DNA of 64,000 bases from Octopus bimaculoides (taxonomy: Eukaryota). Below are positions 1 through 12,600 of the stretch, in pieces. The DNA is taken from contig NC_068984.1 of assembly GCF_001194135.2 (NCBI RefSeq), positions 6,199,058 through 6,263,057 on the forward strand, written 5' to 3'. Under the pieces are notes generated by a model. That model made no database searches, was not told the DNA's origin, and saw only the letters and a program-made list of their open reading frames with translations. Both the position numbers and the translations under genes were made by a program. The first letter of the stretch is position 1. Each line of letters starts with the position of its first letter.

Positions 1-63
<63 letters not shown>

Positions 64-82
64 CAGACAGACAGACAGACAA
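1..82. repeat. (GATA)n/(GACA)n microsatellite
   Basis: Direct tandem tetranucleotide repeat. Confidence 0.95.
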
Positions 83-127
83 ATACACACAAACACACAC
101 ACGCACAAATGTATATCAAATGCATAA

Positions 128-171
<44 letters not shown>

Positions 172-174
<3 letters not shown>

Positions 175-330
175 AAAATATCCAGCCATAGAAACCACGC
201 CAAATCAGACTGGACCTTGGTGTAGCTCTCTAGCTTGCCACCTCTAGTCAAATCATCCAAGTCACTCCAGCGTGGACAACAGATGTTGAATGGTGATAGT
301 AATGATGATGATGATGATGATGATAATGAT
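172..330 (+). mobile_element. RTE-LINE 3' tail fragment ending in (GAT)n
   Basis: Matches the 3' UTR end of the RTE copy at 15933-17015 (CCAGC..TAGAAAC..GCCAAATCAGACTGG...) and is followed by a GAT tail. Confidence 0.7.
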
Positions 331-674
331 ATTATGTTTATATATGTGTATGTGTGTGTCTGCATGAGTATGTGTATATGTGTTATATCAAAATACGACA
401 TACTACTCTGAGCTTTAACCTTTACTGTTCATGACTGTTGCAAAAAAAAAAAACGAAAAAAAGGACAGCACCAAGTTTTCTATCAGCTAATGTTTGTACT
501 TTCTAAAAGAATATCATATATGCACACATATACATACATGTATGTTGATGTATATATAAACACATATACATGCATGTGCGTGTATGTATGTATGCGTTTG
601 CATGTATATATTTGTATATATATATATATATATACATACATGTGGATATATATGCATATGTATACATATACATG

Positions 675-990
675 TGTGCTTTGGGTTCAGTCCTGAGACT
701 CAACAACTTGAGATCAGCCTTCACGAATCACTCCCATGTGTTCATGAAATTCCCTCTTACACAAGTTCCATTCATTTTAAGTAACCAGCACTTCTCTATA
801 AAGCTGTCTTTATCCATACTTATACTAAACCAGCACTATCTTCTCTCTTGAATACTACATCTGATTACCCTTGTGCCAAATTGTTCTCTCAACACATTTA
901 CACTTTGTCATAGATGCACACTGATACTGCACATCCAGCAGAACATATTAGCTTCCTTCTTCTCAAGTCTTCACATTTCCCCTTGCAGAA
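675..990 (-). mobile_element. Degenerate RTE-LINE ORF2 C-terminal fragment
   Basis: Interrupted minus-strand translation EDLRRRK..CAVSVCIYDKV..EKCWLLKMNGTCVRGNFMNTWE*FVKADLKLLSL parallels the RTE ORF2 end seen at 16.5-16.9 kb. Confidence 0.65.
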
Positions 991-1354
991 TAAGTTTGAT
1001 GGGATTTGAAGATTATCACAGACAGACTGGATTAAAAATCTTAAGTGGTTTTTCAAAGCGCGGATCATGAAACATTGCACTACATTGCTGGCTCATATCT
1101 TGTCCAGGCTCCTTGCTACTGTACACCAATTGTTCTGTTGGTTCACCCCTCCTTGAATGACACTCACCTCAGCCTACATCAACAATCTCCTCTCCTTCAA
1201 CTGCACTTTATTACAATAAGGTGTTCTGATGCTAATCAATCAGCCTTTTTATGGAGGTCTTTACTCACTAGCACCCTGTATGAAAGTTGCAGCATCAATC
1301 ATCCCCCTGCCTTCCATTTCCATACTCTTCTGGTAGGCCCAAGTTTAGTTATAT

Positions 1355-1460
1355 AGTTCTGGGTTTGACCCCACTGTGCAGTACCTAGTATAAACGCTTT
1401 CTACACAAGTTTCAAGTTGACCAATATCTTATAAGAGGAGTTTGGTCAATGAAAATTGTG
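1355..1460 (+). mobile_element. Degenerate family-1 tRNA-SINE head
   Basis: GTTCTGGGTTTGACCCCACTGTGCAGTACC.. resembles the head of the 21298 copy. Confidence 0.45.
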
Positions 1461-2569
1461 CTTCATTTTGTAATGTGTGCCTTCATTAATGTTTAGTGGT
1501 TTAAAAATCAGTGCTGTGAAATTTAGCATTTTGTCAGAGATCACTAAAGAAAAATTACAAGGCAGAAACATGTACTAGCGTTGACATGAGTAACTAAGAC
1601 ACTTGAAGACAGTGCCCCAGCATGACCACAATCCATGTATTGGCAACTTGTATTTTCCATGTTCAATAAATTTTGTTTAATATACTTAATTTGCAAGTTC
1701 AATTTAATGTTTGTTTTGTTTTAAAGTTCTATAATTTTTGGGGTGGTAACGTCCATGTTGAGGATATTTTTTCTGTTTTGTATGTTGTATTTTTTAATCC
1801 CTGTGCTTTGTAGCTATAGGTGTGAAATTATTTATGTTTCAGATATGATGATTGCATATGTAACAAGTATCAGGTGTAAACAAATTACACTAATGTTTCA
1901 CTTTTTTTTTTTTGTCCATTAATTCCCACACATTAATATTTCTAATGTCATCGACACTGCTGGATTGAATAGTATTGCCCAGGTGTTGAAACTATAGTGA
2001 TATTCATTAGGCAGCTGATGATGGATATATTCTTTTGATGTTAACCTATTGTATCTTGTGTTCTCATGGTTCTAAGCTGTCCTTCATTGAAATTCTAGTT
2101 CTCGTAATGTTGAAATTGTTTAGGAGTTCTGGTTTATGGTGGTTTTCTTGTATATATAATATTTAATATTGATGTTGCATGATTATCCTTCACAGGGATT
2201 CCAATTCTGCCACAGGAGATACTAGTTTAAGATTTCTAGTTTATAGAAGTTTTGTTACATATATGCACCAAGTTTATTTTCAAGTAATCCCTTTTACATA
2301 AGACATTAAGGAGAAGAGAGACAGTCCACATGACCTTTGCATGGTTATGCTTTTGATTACCATGATCTCTGATCAAGGCTTTTGATGTGATGACACCTAA
2401 CCTGAATTTCTGTAAATTAGTGCAAAGTAGAAAAAAACCTAGATGAGGGAGGGAAGTACAGTGCTGATTGAAATGTCTAGTTTGTTGGTTGGATTTTGTT
2501 TAACTCCAAGTTGGACCTGAAGGAGTAAAGGTCATTACTATTTTAATCCTCAGATATCCATTTTTTCAT

Positions 2570-2990
2570 TCATCATCATGATCGTTCATCGTCCGTTTTC
2601 CATGCTGGCATGGGTTGGACGGTTCGATCGGGGTCTGAGAAGCCAAGAGGCTCCACCAGGCTCTAGTCTGATCTGGCAGTGTTTCTATAGCTGGATGCCC
2701 TTCCTAACGCCAACTACTCTGTGAGTGTAGTGGGTGCTTTTTACGTGCCACCAGCACAGGGGCCAGAGGAGGCTGGCAATGGCCATGATCGGTTGGTGTT
2801 TTTACGCACCACCGGCATGGAAGCCAGTCAAGGCAGCACTGGCATTGGCCATGTTCTGATGGTGCTTTTTACATGCTACTGGCACGGGTATCACAACTAC
2901 AATTTCCATTTGATTTTCATTTTGATGTTGATGTACTTGACTCAATAGGTGTCCTCAAGCACAGCAGGTCGCCCTATCCAAGGTACTCAT
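2570..2990 (-). mobile_element. 5'-truncated RTE-LINE 3' UTR with (GAT)n tail
   Basis: Close match to 15933-16420, including the internal subrepeats and the AAATGGAAATTGTAGTTGTGA block. Confidence 0.85.
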
Positions 2991-3004
2991 TAAGAATCAA
3001 TATT

Positions 3005-3200
3005 ATCATCATCATCATCATCATCTATCATCTATTTCCTATGATGACATGGGTAGTATAGTTTGTCGGGAACCAACAAACCAGAGGACTGTGCTGAGCT
3101 CCAAGGTCTGATTTGGCATGGTTTCCACAGCTGGATAACCTTCCTAACACCAACCACTTTACAGAGTGTACAAGGTGCATTTTTTTTTTTGGAACTAGCA
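3005..3200 (-). mobile_element. Older, diverged RTE-type 3' tail
   Basis: CAT tail followed by TCTGATTTGGCATGGTTTCCACAGCTGGAT..CTTCCTAACACCAACCAC, the shared RTE tail core. Confidence 0.65.
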
Positions 3201-5346
3201 TTAATAAGGTCACCAATCAAACTACAAGACCCTTTCCACTGAGTGGTGGGTGTAGTATTGAGGTAGGTGGCCAGGTATTGAGAGGTAAAAGTATGATAGA
3301 GGGACAAGAACAGGTGTCTTACTGTAAAACAGAAATATGGCTTCCTCAACAGGAAAGAGAAAAAGAGAGATGGTGAGGGAATCCTCAAGACACAAGAAAG
3401 AGAATAGGGATAGAATATTGGAAAGTGTGGGTGTGTAGGTGTAAATTCATGAGAGTGTGAAAGGAGAATGACAGATGGTCAGAGATGGGGATATCATCTA
3501 CATTGATTATACCAAAATGTCAAATGGAATAAGATATGTCAGCTGATAGGGTAGCACCTTAAAGCATTACCAACAGGTTTGCATCACTGCCGCTGCCACC
3601 ACCACAGCCATCACCACCACCACCTCAATCCTTTACTAAAGAGTCTTTGAGTCATTCCTGAGAAATCTTTTCCACTACTGCTATCCTCTCTCAAACTACG
3701 ATCAGTAGACCAGTTTGAGACATGGTGGGATTGGAAGCATATTGAGACAGAACATCTGTTACCATAGATTGTTAATTAGAGTGTATCTAGTTGAAAAAAG
3801 AAATTTCTATTTTTACCTATGAATTATGAATATGAGATGCAAAGAAGAATTTAGATTTGAGCTAAAGTTTCAACAGTGTCACACAGGTATTTGTTAGTTG
3901 TGTATAATTAGTAGAATATGTTGAATAACTAAAGCGTGCTGGTTTATTATAAAAAAGAAAGAAAAATAAAAAGAAAAATTGTAAGATATTTCCTCTCACT
4001 AATAAACTTTATCTTCAAATATAAGTTTTTGTTAAACCCCCAAGTAAACCCTAACTGAGTAGACCAATGATCACAGGTATTTTATTTATGATAGTCTATA
4101 CCTTTTAGGAGTTTCTGGGACTACATTATACAATTATTCAATTCCTTTTCATTAAATGCAATGAAATTTAAGTAAGATTTGACAGCTCTTTCTAGCAAAT
4201 TGAGTGACTCCACAGACATTCTTTCATTTGTACAAATACTAATAAGTCTTGTGTGCCAAGATGGAAAAGTAAATTCTAACCTTACAAGCAGAGTACCCTT
4301 TTCTAAATACAATCATTTTGCCTTCTTCAAATCTTACTGTTTTACTTGCTAATTCTTACTGATTCTACTGTTTTCTTTGCTGTGATATGTTTATTCATGA
4401 TCCATCATTTATACAGGAAAGATTTCCACAGTCAAAATCACTTGCTTCTCTTGTGACGTGTGTGTGTGTTTGTGTGTGTATATGTAAAATATATGTTACT
4501 CGGGATCTTCAGTGGTTACTTGGTATTGATCTTGTACAGGTGGGAGAGAGAAGTTTCCCCCTACTCCTACATGTGTTAACACATGGAACGGGATTCTATT
4601 CTTGATTGAGGTTTTATCTGGATTAAAATGGATTAAGATTAGCCTAATAGTGTTGAGTAACATAGAAATATAAAAAAATGATTGTAAAGAAACAAAAGAT
4701 AAACCAACAGACATGATGTATGTCAGGTATTTTCTGAACTCGTTTAGCCATTAGTTACATGAGGTAATTATTTATTAGTATTTACTAAGAAATCCACAAG
4801 GTAAACCAGATATCAAGAGTTTGGTTAGCAGCTATAAAGGACAATTGTTTACTCATTAGTTTTCCTACACATTTCACCACTGATTGAGAATGTAACTCTA
4901 ATCTTTCATGGTGATCATATAGTGACACATTGAGATTACAGACTTAAATCCAAAGTCATTAACTTGGTAGCAGAATGTTTCTTCAGTAATATTTTGTTGT
5001 TGTTTGGTATTTTTAATTTCTATTTTTATTTATTATATTTTTACCTGTTTATACCTCACCAACAGACACGTGACAGATGAACTTAGTAACAGCTCAACAG
5101 ACAGCTAGGACTAAGCATCATTGCTCTGAGCTGGAGGCATATAATAATTTTAACACATTAGATAAATGAACATTATTAAGAAAGAAACCACAACAAATTC
5201 AACATATTCAGTCTGTTTCATTAATTGCAAGTCTAATTTTAGGATACACACACTCATACACACATTTACACACATAGAGATACATACACATATATACATA
5301 CATATATACACTCACTCACATATATACACACACACACAAACATACA

Positions 5347-5383
<37 letters not shown>

Positions 5384-5634
5384 TATCATGTCCACCTCAC
5401 CAAGGCTTCACAGTAACCACTATACCTTGTCCTTCTTTTCAAGAACATTACCTCCCTAGCATTCCTTCTTTGCCCTGCTTTTCATGGAATCAACCAGCAT
5501 GCAGTTGTTTATGTAAAATATTGACCAAATCAATACTAAACTTGGGTTTTATGATCAAATGAACTACTAAATCATCGAATTATAGTGCAAGTTGCTGAGT
5601 ATTCCACAGAAACTAGTATGCTCAGTATGATATA

Positions 5635-5800
5635 GTCTGTGACAAGCCTGGGCCAGAGAAGTCACCCAAAAAGCTTCTACAGAGATTCTGTTTACTTAGA
5701 TCCACTCGGAAGCTTCGATAAAAGACATTTGCCCAAGATGCTTTGCACTGGGATTGAACCAGAGTCATTATGACTGTGATGCAAACTTCTAAGCCATAAA
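5635..5800 (-). mobile_element. Family-1 tRNA-SINE, degenerate 5' half
   Basis: AAGACATTTGCCCAAGATGCTTTGCACTGGGATTGAACC is the reverse complement of the family-1 head and core. Confidence 0.65.
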
Positions 5801-5804
5801 TGTA

Positions 5805-5809
5805 TGTTC

Positions 5810-5842
<33 letters not shown>

Positions 5843-6175
5843 ACACAGAAACATACACACACAACACACAAGCATGCACACACATACATGCAAACACACA
5901 CACAACACACAAGCATGCACACNNNNNNNNNNCAAGCATGCACACACATACATGCAAACACACACACAACACACAAGCATGCACACACATACATGCACAC
6001 AGACACACAACACACAAACAACACAATCACACATACTCATACATGCACACACGCAAAACACACACACATGCAAAGCACAAATACACACGTACAATGCAAA
6101 CACACACAACACACACACATGCACACCACATACAAACACACGCACAACACACACACACACACACACACACATACG
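5805..6175. repeat. Compound CA-rich minisatellite (unit ~ACACACAACACACAAGCATGCACACACATACATGCAA) spanning an N gap
   Basis: Direct tandem units visible in the sequence. Confidence 0.85.
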
Positions 6176-8044
6176 TGTGCACATACACAAACATAGTTGT
6201 AATGAAATTTGTCCACAACCTTTGGTGTACCTACATACAATGAATATTATATCCTTCAAATTGTATTTGTTCTCACTTTTAGCTGAAGCAGTTACTTTGA
6301 AGTAATATATTTTATAACATTATTTTTCTTAAAGGTCTCCCCAAATAATAGTTCTTTCCAATCTTCTCTTGAAGCCAACACAATATTCAGCACGTATCAT
6401 GCCAACAACAATTGGAAAACTTTGCTTCTTACGTTTACTCTTTCTTTCTTTCTTTCTCTTTCAACACTACTGTTGACTGAGTTTGATCTCGTCACTGCTG
6501 TTGATGAAGATTACTATAATTTAACAACAAAAGGCAAAGTAAATTTGACATGGAAATGTTTTCCCAAGAAAGTTATAAAATTATAAAACAACCATTTCTG
6601 AACCATGATCACAAGTATGGATCTGCTAACCTATGCAACTTGATGCGAGAGAAAATGGTAAAAAAACGAAATAGCAAAAAGCAATCCTTGTTGTAGTTGT
6701 TGTTGTTGCTGTTGGTGGTGGTGATGGTAGGGAAATGGTGAATTTTAGATTTGTGTTGACAGATCTTTTCTGATGTGGAGATTCAGATTTTTTATGGTAT
6801 GGATTTTCAATGTGAAACCCACCACTACCAAATTTTCTTTTTCCATTTTTGTTATTTCACAACACTAACACCATACTGAAGATTGAATCAATTAGATTGG
6901 GAGGTTCAACATAGAAAGTATGAATCATTGCAAATCAACATGTTTACCTCTGTAACATTTCAGTTCCACTTAAGTGGTTCTAGAAAAACAAGTGGCACTC
7001 AATACATCAGTTGAGGTGGCATATGTTGTTTTTGGAAGATTAAAAAGATTAGATGTGGATAATATAATGACAATAATTCACTCCACACTCTGATAACAGC
7101 TTTCTTATATTACCAAACAATTACAAATCTATCTTTTTCAATAAGTGATCTGTCACACATGCATGTTTGAATGCATACAACTATTAAAAGTACAAAGTAT
7201 AGTAACCACTGATTAGGGAATCAGGATTTTAATTTTTCCTTTGAATAAATACAACATGGCGCGTCGATGACTCTTTAGCCTTGTAGGGCACTAAAACAAC
7301 CTCACTAGTGTTGATGAAATGATATAATGATGAGATGATATAAAGCACCCACTAAATGGTGTAAAGTGATTAATAAACAAATGGAGACAAAATAGGATGA
7401 GAGGACCCTTTAGCTCTGATGAAGAAATGACAATCTCTCTCGAGATTGTCATTTAACACAATAAAATTTACCCAGTATACTCAATAATGTGTTTGGTGCT
7501 AGGAAGGGTATCAAGCTCTAGAAGTCATGCCTGAATTGGAACATACAAATAATACATAGTCCTTTATGATTGCACTAACTTCAAATGATAACTGACTTGG
7601 TTTGTGGGGATCTGCCTGAACAATGCCCACATGAAAAGCAGAATAATAATGATAATGTAGAATAATAATGAAAATTGTGTTGGTGACAATATTATAAACT
7701 CACAAGTCATTTTACCACAACCATTAGACTTTCTGTTAGATAAAGTACACATGTTTCATAATGTATGCATGTACAATAGGCACTATTTGATTGACGAATA
7801 TAATTGACTAAAAAGAACAACCATCTTCAAAATAAGTGCTTTTACTTTCTAGCACTGAATATACTACTCTATGATTTCTGTGATAGCTTGAGCTCTTCAA
7901 AACTGACATGAGAAAGTAATGATGTTATATAATATAATACAATTATGAGGGTACACTACAAACAAAACATTTCATGGTACTATATCACTCTTCAACTGTA
8001 TAAACAACTTACAATTGTCTTGAGTGGAGTGATACACATACATT

Positions 8045-8262
8045 CATGTCATAATCAAATGGAAATTGTAGTTGTGATCTCAGTGCTGGTGGCACGTAAA
8101 AAGCACCCACTACACTCTCGGAATGGTTGGCGTTAGAAAGGGCATCCAGCTGTAGAAACTCCGCCAAATCAAACTGGAGCCTGGTGCAGCCCCCCTGGCT
8201 TCCCAGACCCCAGTCAAACTGTCCAACCCATGCCAGCATGGAAAACAGACGTTAAACAATGA
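8045..8262 (+). mobile_element. RTE-LINE 3' tail
   Basis: AAGCACCCACTACACTCTCGGAATGGTTGGCGTTAG..CCATGCCAGCATGGAAAACAGACGTTAAA. Confidence 0.85.
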
Positions 8263-8294
8263 TAGACACACATACAAATGCATACATATGCTCA

Positions 8295-8670
8295 TAAAGC
8301 CAAGTGAAATCATAATCATGGCTGATGCTGGTGTCACGTAACTGACACCCATGCTGGTGGTACATAAAAAGCACCCTTCGAACATTGGGCTCCAGGGAAG
8401 CAATGGCAAGTGACTGGGAGCTTTGGTGATATGCCATGCTTGAGAAAACCCGTGAAGCCAAGCGAAATCATAGTCAAGGCCGATGCTGGTGTCACATAAT
8501 TGGCACCAGTGCCATTGGCATGTGAAATGCATCCATTACACTCTTGGAGTGTAGAAATCATGCCAAATCAGATTGGAACCTAGTGCAGCCTCCCCCCCCC
8601 GGTTACCAATTTCACTCAAACCATTTAACCCACGTCAGCATGGAAAGTAGATGCTAAACGATAATGATCG
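8295..8670 (+). mobile_element. RTE-LINE 3' UTR fragment with subrepeats and tail
   Basis: Subrepeats (GGCTGATGCTGGTGTCACGTAACTGACACC) followed by the tail core; similar to 59850-60215. Confidence 0.75.
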
Positions 8671-8899
8671 TACACACACACCTGTACATATATAATCATC
8701 ATCGTTGTTATCATTTAATCTCTATTTTCCATAATGGTGTTTGGTGTTAAATGATGATGATGATGACAATGATATACATTTATCTATCTATGTGTGTTTG
8801 AGTGTGTATTATCAACATCAATTTTATGTATGTTTTTCTCATACTTTGATTTGGATGAGACATCACAGAGATTTATATATGGACACACATATAAAATAA

Positions 8900-9040
8900 G
8901 TGTGAGAATTGGTATGTAGTTAAGAAGTTGGCTGAGTTCAGTTACTTGGTATGGCACCTAAGGCAAATGTCTTCTACAACAGCCCCAGGCTGATGAAAAT
9001 CTTGTGAGAGAATTTGTTAAATGAAAACTGTAAGAAGTCT
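8900..9040 (+). mobile_element. Family-1 tRNA-SINE, degenerate 5' half, followed by a TG microsatellite
   Basis: GGCACCTAAGGCAAATGTCTTCTAC..GCCCCAGGCTGA..CTTGTGAGAGAATTTG..AAACTG. Confidence 0.65.
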
Positions 9041-9173
9041 GCCCTGTGTGTGTGTCTCTGTGTGTGTCTCTGTGTGTGTCTCTGTGTGTGTACATGCACA
9101 CATCTATTTGTATATGTACAACCATATTCACATTTATATATAAGCATGTCTATGTATAAACATATGTGTATAG

Positions 9174-9221
<48 letters not shown>

Positions 9222-9524
9222 ATTACCTATTCGACATACCAACAAGTGTAAAGTAATAAAATATGCCTGTGTATGTGTATAGTGTGCAAGTGTATATATA
9301 TAGTGTTTGTCATGCTGCAAAATAAAACTGAAGAGCTAGTTTAGTGTAATTCGATATTTTTTCAAGATTTGTTCGTTATAATATAACAAATATTTATTTA
9401 ACCCCAGGCTGGTTGCTACTCAGCAGACCTAAGATGGAAAGAATTCCAGCTGTGACCAGCCCATCTTTTTCCTTTTAGAGTGAATATCAAGGTTTACATC
9501 CTATACATAAATGGCAATTTCTGT

Positions 9525-9700
9525 TTGTCTGATCTGTCTGTCTGTTACCATCTTGCTGCCTACACCAGTGAACCAATCTTAACGAAATTTTGCATACATG
9601 TTAAACTAACATCCAGTTGAATTATAGGCTAATTGGATTTCAAAACAAATCTATAATGGGCCCCCTAGTAGGGGGCTATAACACGTTTACAAATCAATAA
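9525..9700. mobile_element. Possible non-autonomous Helitron/Helentron-like (HINE-like) fragment
   Basis: (TCTG)n followed by AACCAATCTTAACGAAATTTTGCATAC and a GC hairpin GCCCCCTAGTAGGGGGC; motif resemblance only. Confidence 0.3.
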
Positions 9701-11829
9701 CACATCTACTGATATGAATTAAGTAAGGCTTCTGTAAGGTTTAACCATGCACTCCTTAATGTAAAACAGCGTGTGACCTTTGTGTGAATGACTCAGCTTT
9801 CCAAAAGGTAACCAATTCTGCATGAAGCACCCGTACATCACACTAAGGTCACATTAAGGAAATGGTCAACTGCAGGATTCGTGGATAGGACATGGAACAC
9901 TGTAATAACCAATGACCTGGATGTTAGTTTCCCCATGAGCTTAATTTGATGAATTAAATCCAAATTATCATAACATCTTAATCATTTTTATTGTGCAATA
10001 CAAGATACAGCCACGCTACAATATGATACGACACATGACAACAACAGCTACAATATGTGGACTATTTGTCAATGTATTTGTAAATCTGTCTATTTATCTA
10101 ATTTATTTTCTCAGATGCATATTTGTTTATTAAAAAAATATAGGGACATTCCTTATTCATCCACTAATCGTATTAATTGTTTGTTAAACTTACTTTTAGC
10201 AATAAACTATTACCACAAAGGTTAATAAAATATTTAATGGCTTAATTACACCTAACTGATTCTTAAATATAGATACTGACATTGGACTGGGGATAGGAAT
10301 GGGAGCAGATCTAAAATAGGAAGTGAAGAGGGAATGGGATAGGACACGAAACAATGAAATGAGAATGGGAACAACCCCCACTTTTCCAGGTAATTCAGCT
10401 AGTTATTCTATGAGTTCTTCTCCTTTTTAAGATAGTAGAGTGTCATTTGTGTGAAATTTGTAAGATCTGGGGTTTTTTTGTATCTGTTGTTTTGCAGAGT
10501 AAGCAATGCAATGTTTCATTTGTTCTATATATCTGAAGTTTGATATTCTACAGTATTGGTATAAATGACTATCGTTTTAGATTATTGAAGAGCATAAATT
10601 TGCTTGTGTAAACCAACTAAATGTTGTGAGTTATAAAAACTGCTTAGCTTAGAAAAGATGGTTTCACTGAAATCAGCACCAAACTCCACATGAATACAAG
10701 CTGAAAAAAACCCGAAGGGTTTTGAACATTTGTTCTGAAGTAAAGCTAGAAGTGATGCACACTAAACAAAATATAGAAGTGAATCTGGGATTATAATAGA
10801 TGTTTTGTAAAGTCTTTCAAACAGAGCTAGCAGGGAAAATTAACATTAATTCACTAGTGATTCAGTAACAATGTTGTGCTAATCTATTTGTATATTGTAT
10901 ATTACATATTATAGTTTAGTAAGATCTTAACAGTGCTCACTTCATTGCTTGTCTAACTTCACATTAACATTACCATTATTGGTGGACATAAAGAACATTC
11001 CTTCCTTACATAAGCTTGTTCAATGATTGTATATGCTCCACTTTTTTCAGTAATTATCAATACCTTATGGTTAATCATTCACATGATTTTATTGACTCCA
11101 ACATGGGTAATGGTTCCAAAGACTAACAAGGTTAAGGCATTCTGGCAAAGGATTAATAAACAGTGGCAGTCAAGGTGAATTGCAGTGGTTCTTCTTAGAT
11201 GAAGGCCTCTATAACTTTGATATCATTGCATAACATGGATGTTTCTATCACTGAAAGAGATCCTTTATAAAAAAAAAATTCCATTAAATACTCAATACTC
11301 AATAATGAAGGTTCATTAATATCATAGAATTTTGTTTTTGACGTCTTGATTTTTCATCACTTCTACATCTAGCTTTGTCTTCCCAGGCTGTAGCTGCCAT
11401 TTAGAAAGATATCCAGTTTTAAAATTTGTTCCCAGGTATATATGTAAGTGTGAAGAAAATGCCAGAGTTTTGTAACTAAAACAACTAATTGTCTCTCAAG
11501 TTACACATACATGCACATATGCACACACACACACTCTCTCACACACACACATACACACACACATACACACACATACACACACACACATACACACACATAA
11601 ACAAACATAGTTCAGATAAGTAGCAGCAAGCAGGTTGTATGCATGTTAGAAACATATTCATATTGGAGTAGGTATTCTCAGAATTTGATCTTACATTAGA
11701 GGAAGGTGTGGTTAGCTGGAACATTTCACAAAAACTCTACTGCATCATCTATTCCACAAATGCATATATGCTTAGAAAACAAATTCAAGGGAGGCTTGGA
11801 GAAATTCTTGAAAAAAGTACAATTTGTCA

Positions 11830-12600
11830 CCTTATTCTAATTGGTCTAACTTGCCCCACAGTGGAGTAAGTTGGAACATGCTATGGCACATGTTGGAACA
11901 CACCAATAATCATAATCTAATCAAAAATTTATGTTGGCATCATTTCACTTTTCAATCACATCAATATATTTTACCAGGCAACTTCAACCAGACATGATTG
12001 TCACTTCAGTTTCTCGCCTGTAAATAAGATTTATTATTGGTCTACATGTCCTTGTGTTTACTCTGGCTTGTAGGCTGATAGCTCAACAAGAAATCACATT
12101 TTTCTACTGAGAATACCTAGCTTAACTCTCTCACAGTTGTATGGATAGAACAAGTATAATAAATACAACATCTTCATGTTCATGTGTGCATATTTCAGCA
12201 TCATCTGGCATTGTCAATTTGGAGAATGCAAAAATCTTTGCTTGCAACATGTTTTAAAATTTTACTTGCTAACTCATCATCTTCAGTTATTTCATCAACC
12301 AGCACAACATAACAGTGCACCTTTTGCATCTCAGTTCAATGCACAAGAACATAGTCTCCACCTCCTGCATCTAAAAGAATTCCACATTCTTGTTCTTTTA
12401 TTTCTTAAGAAAATGATCCAACCAAACATTGCTTGTACTTTCATTGTTCATCCAACACTATTATCTTAATGCAAAGTTAGCTGACATTTTCAAATACCAA
12501 ACTCCAAAGCTCTTTTGAGTTTGTGACAAGGGTGTAAGTTGGAAATATTCTAGCTGGAACCATGCAGTAATGACCTCAACAAGTAATGTACCTAACACAA
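11830..12600 (-). mobile_element. Possible highly degenerate pogo-like DNA transposon 3' part
   Basis: Frameshifted minus-strand peptide GDYVLVH*..KVHCYVVLVDEITEDDELASKILK..AFSKLTMPDDAEIC resembles C-terminal domains of some DDE_1 transposases; TIR-like near-palindrome TCTAACTTGCCCCACAGTGGAGTAAGTTGGA near 11850-11880. Confidence 0.3.

Noticed and set aside
4400-4560. Possible small exons (ATACAG|GAAAG.., CTTGTACAG|GTGGGA)
   Set aside because: The donors are weak, a microsatellite interrupts them and the peptide is unrecognisable.
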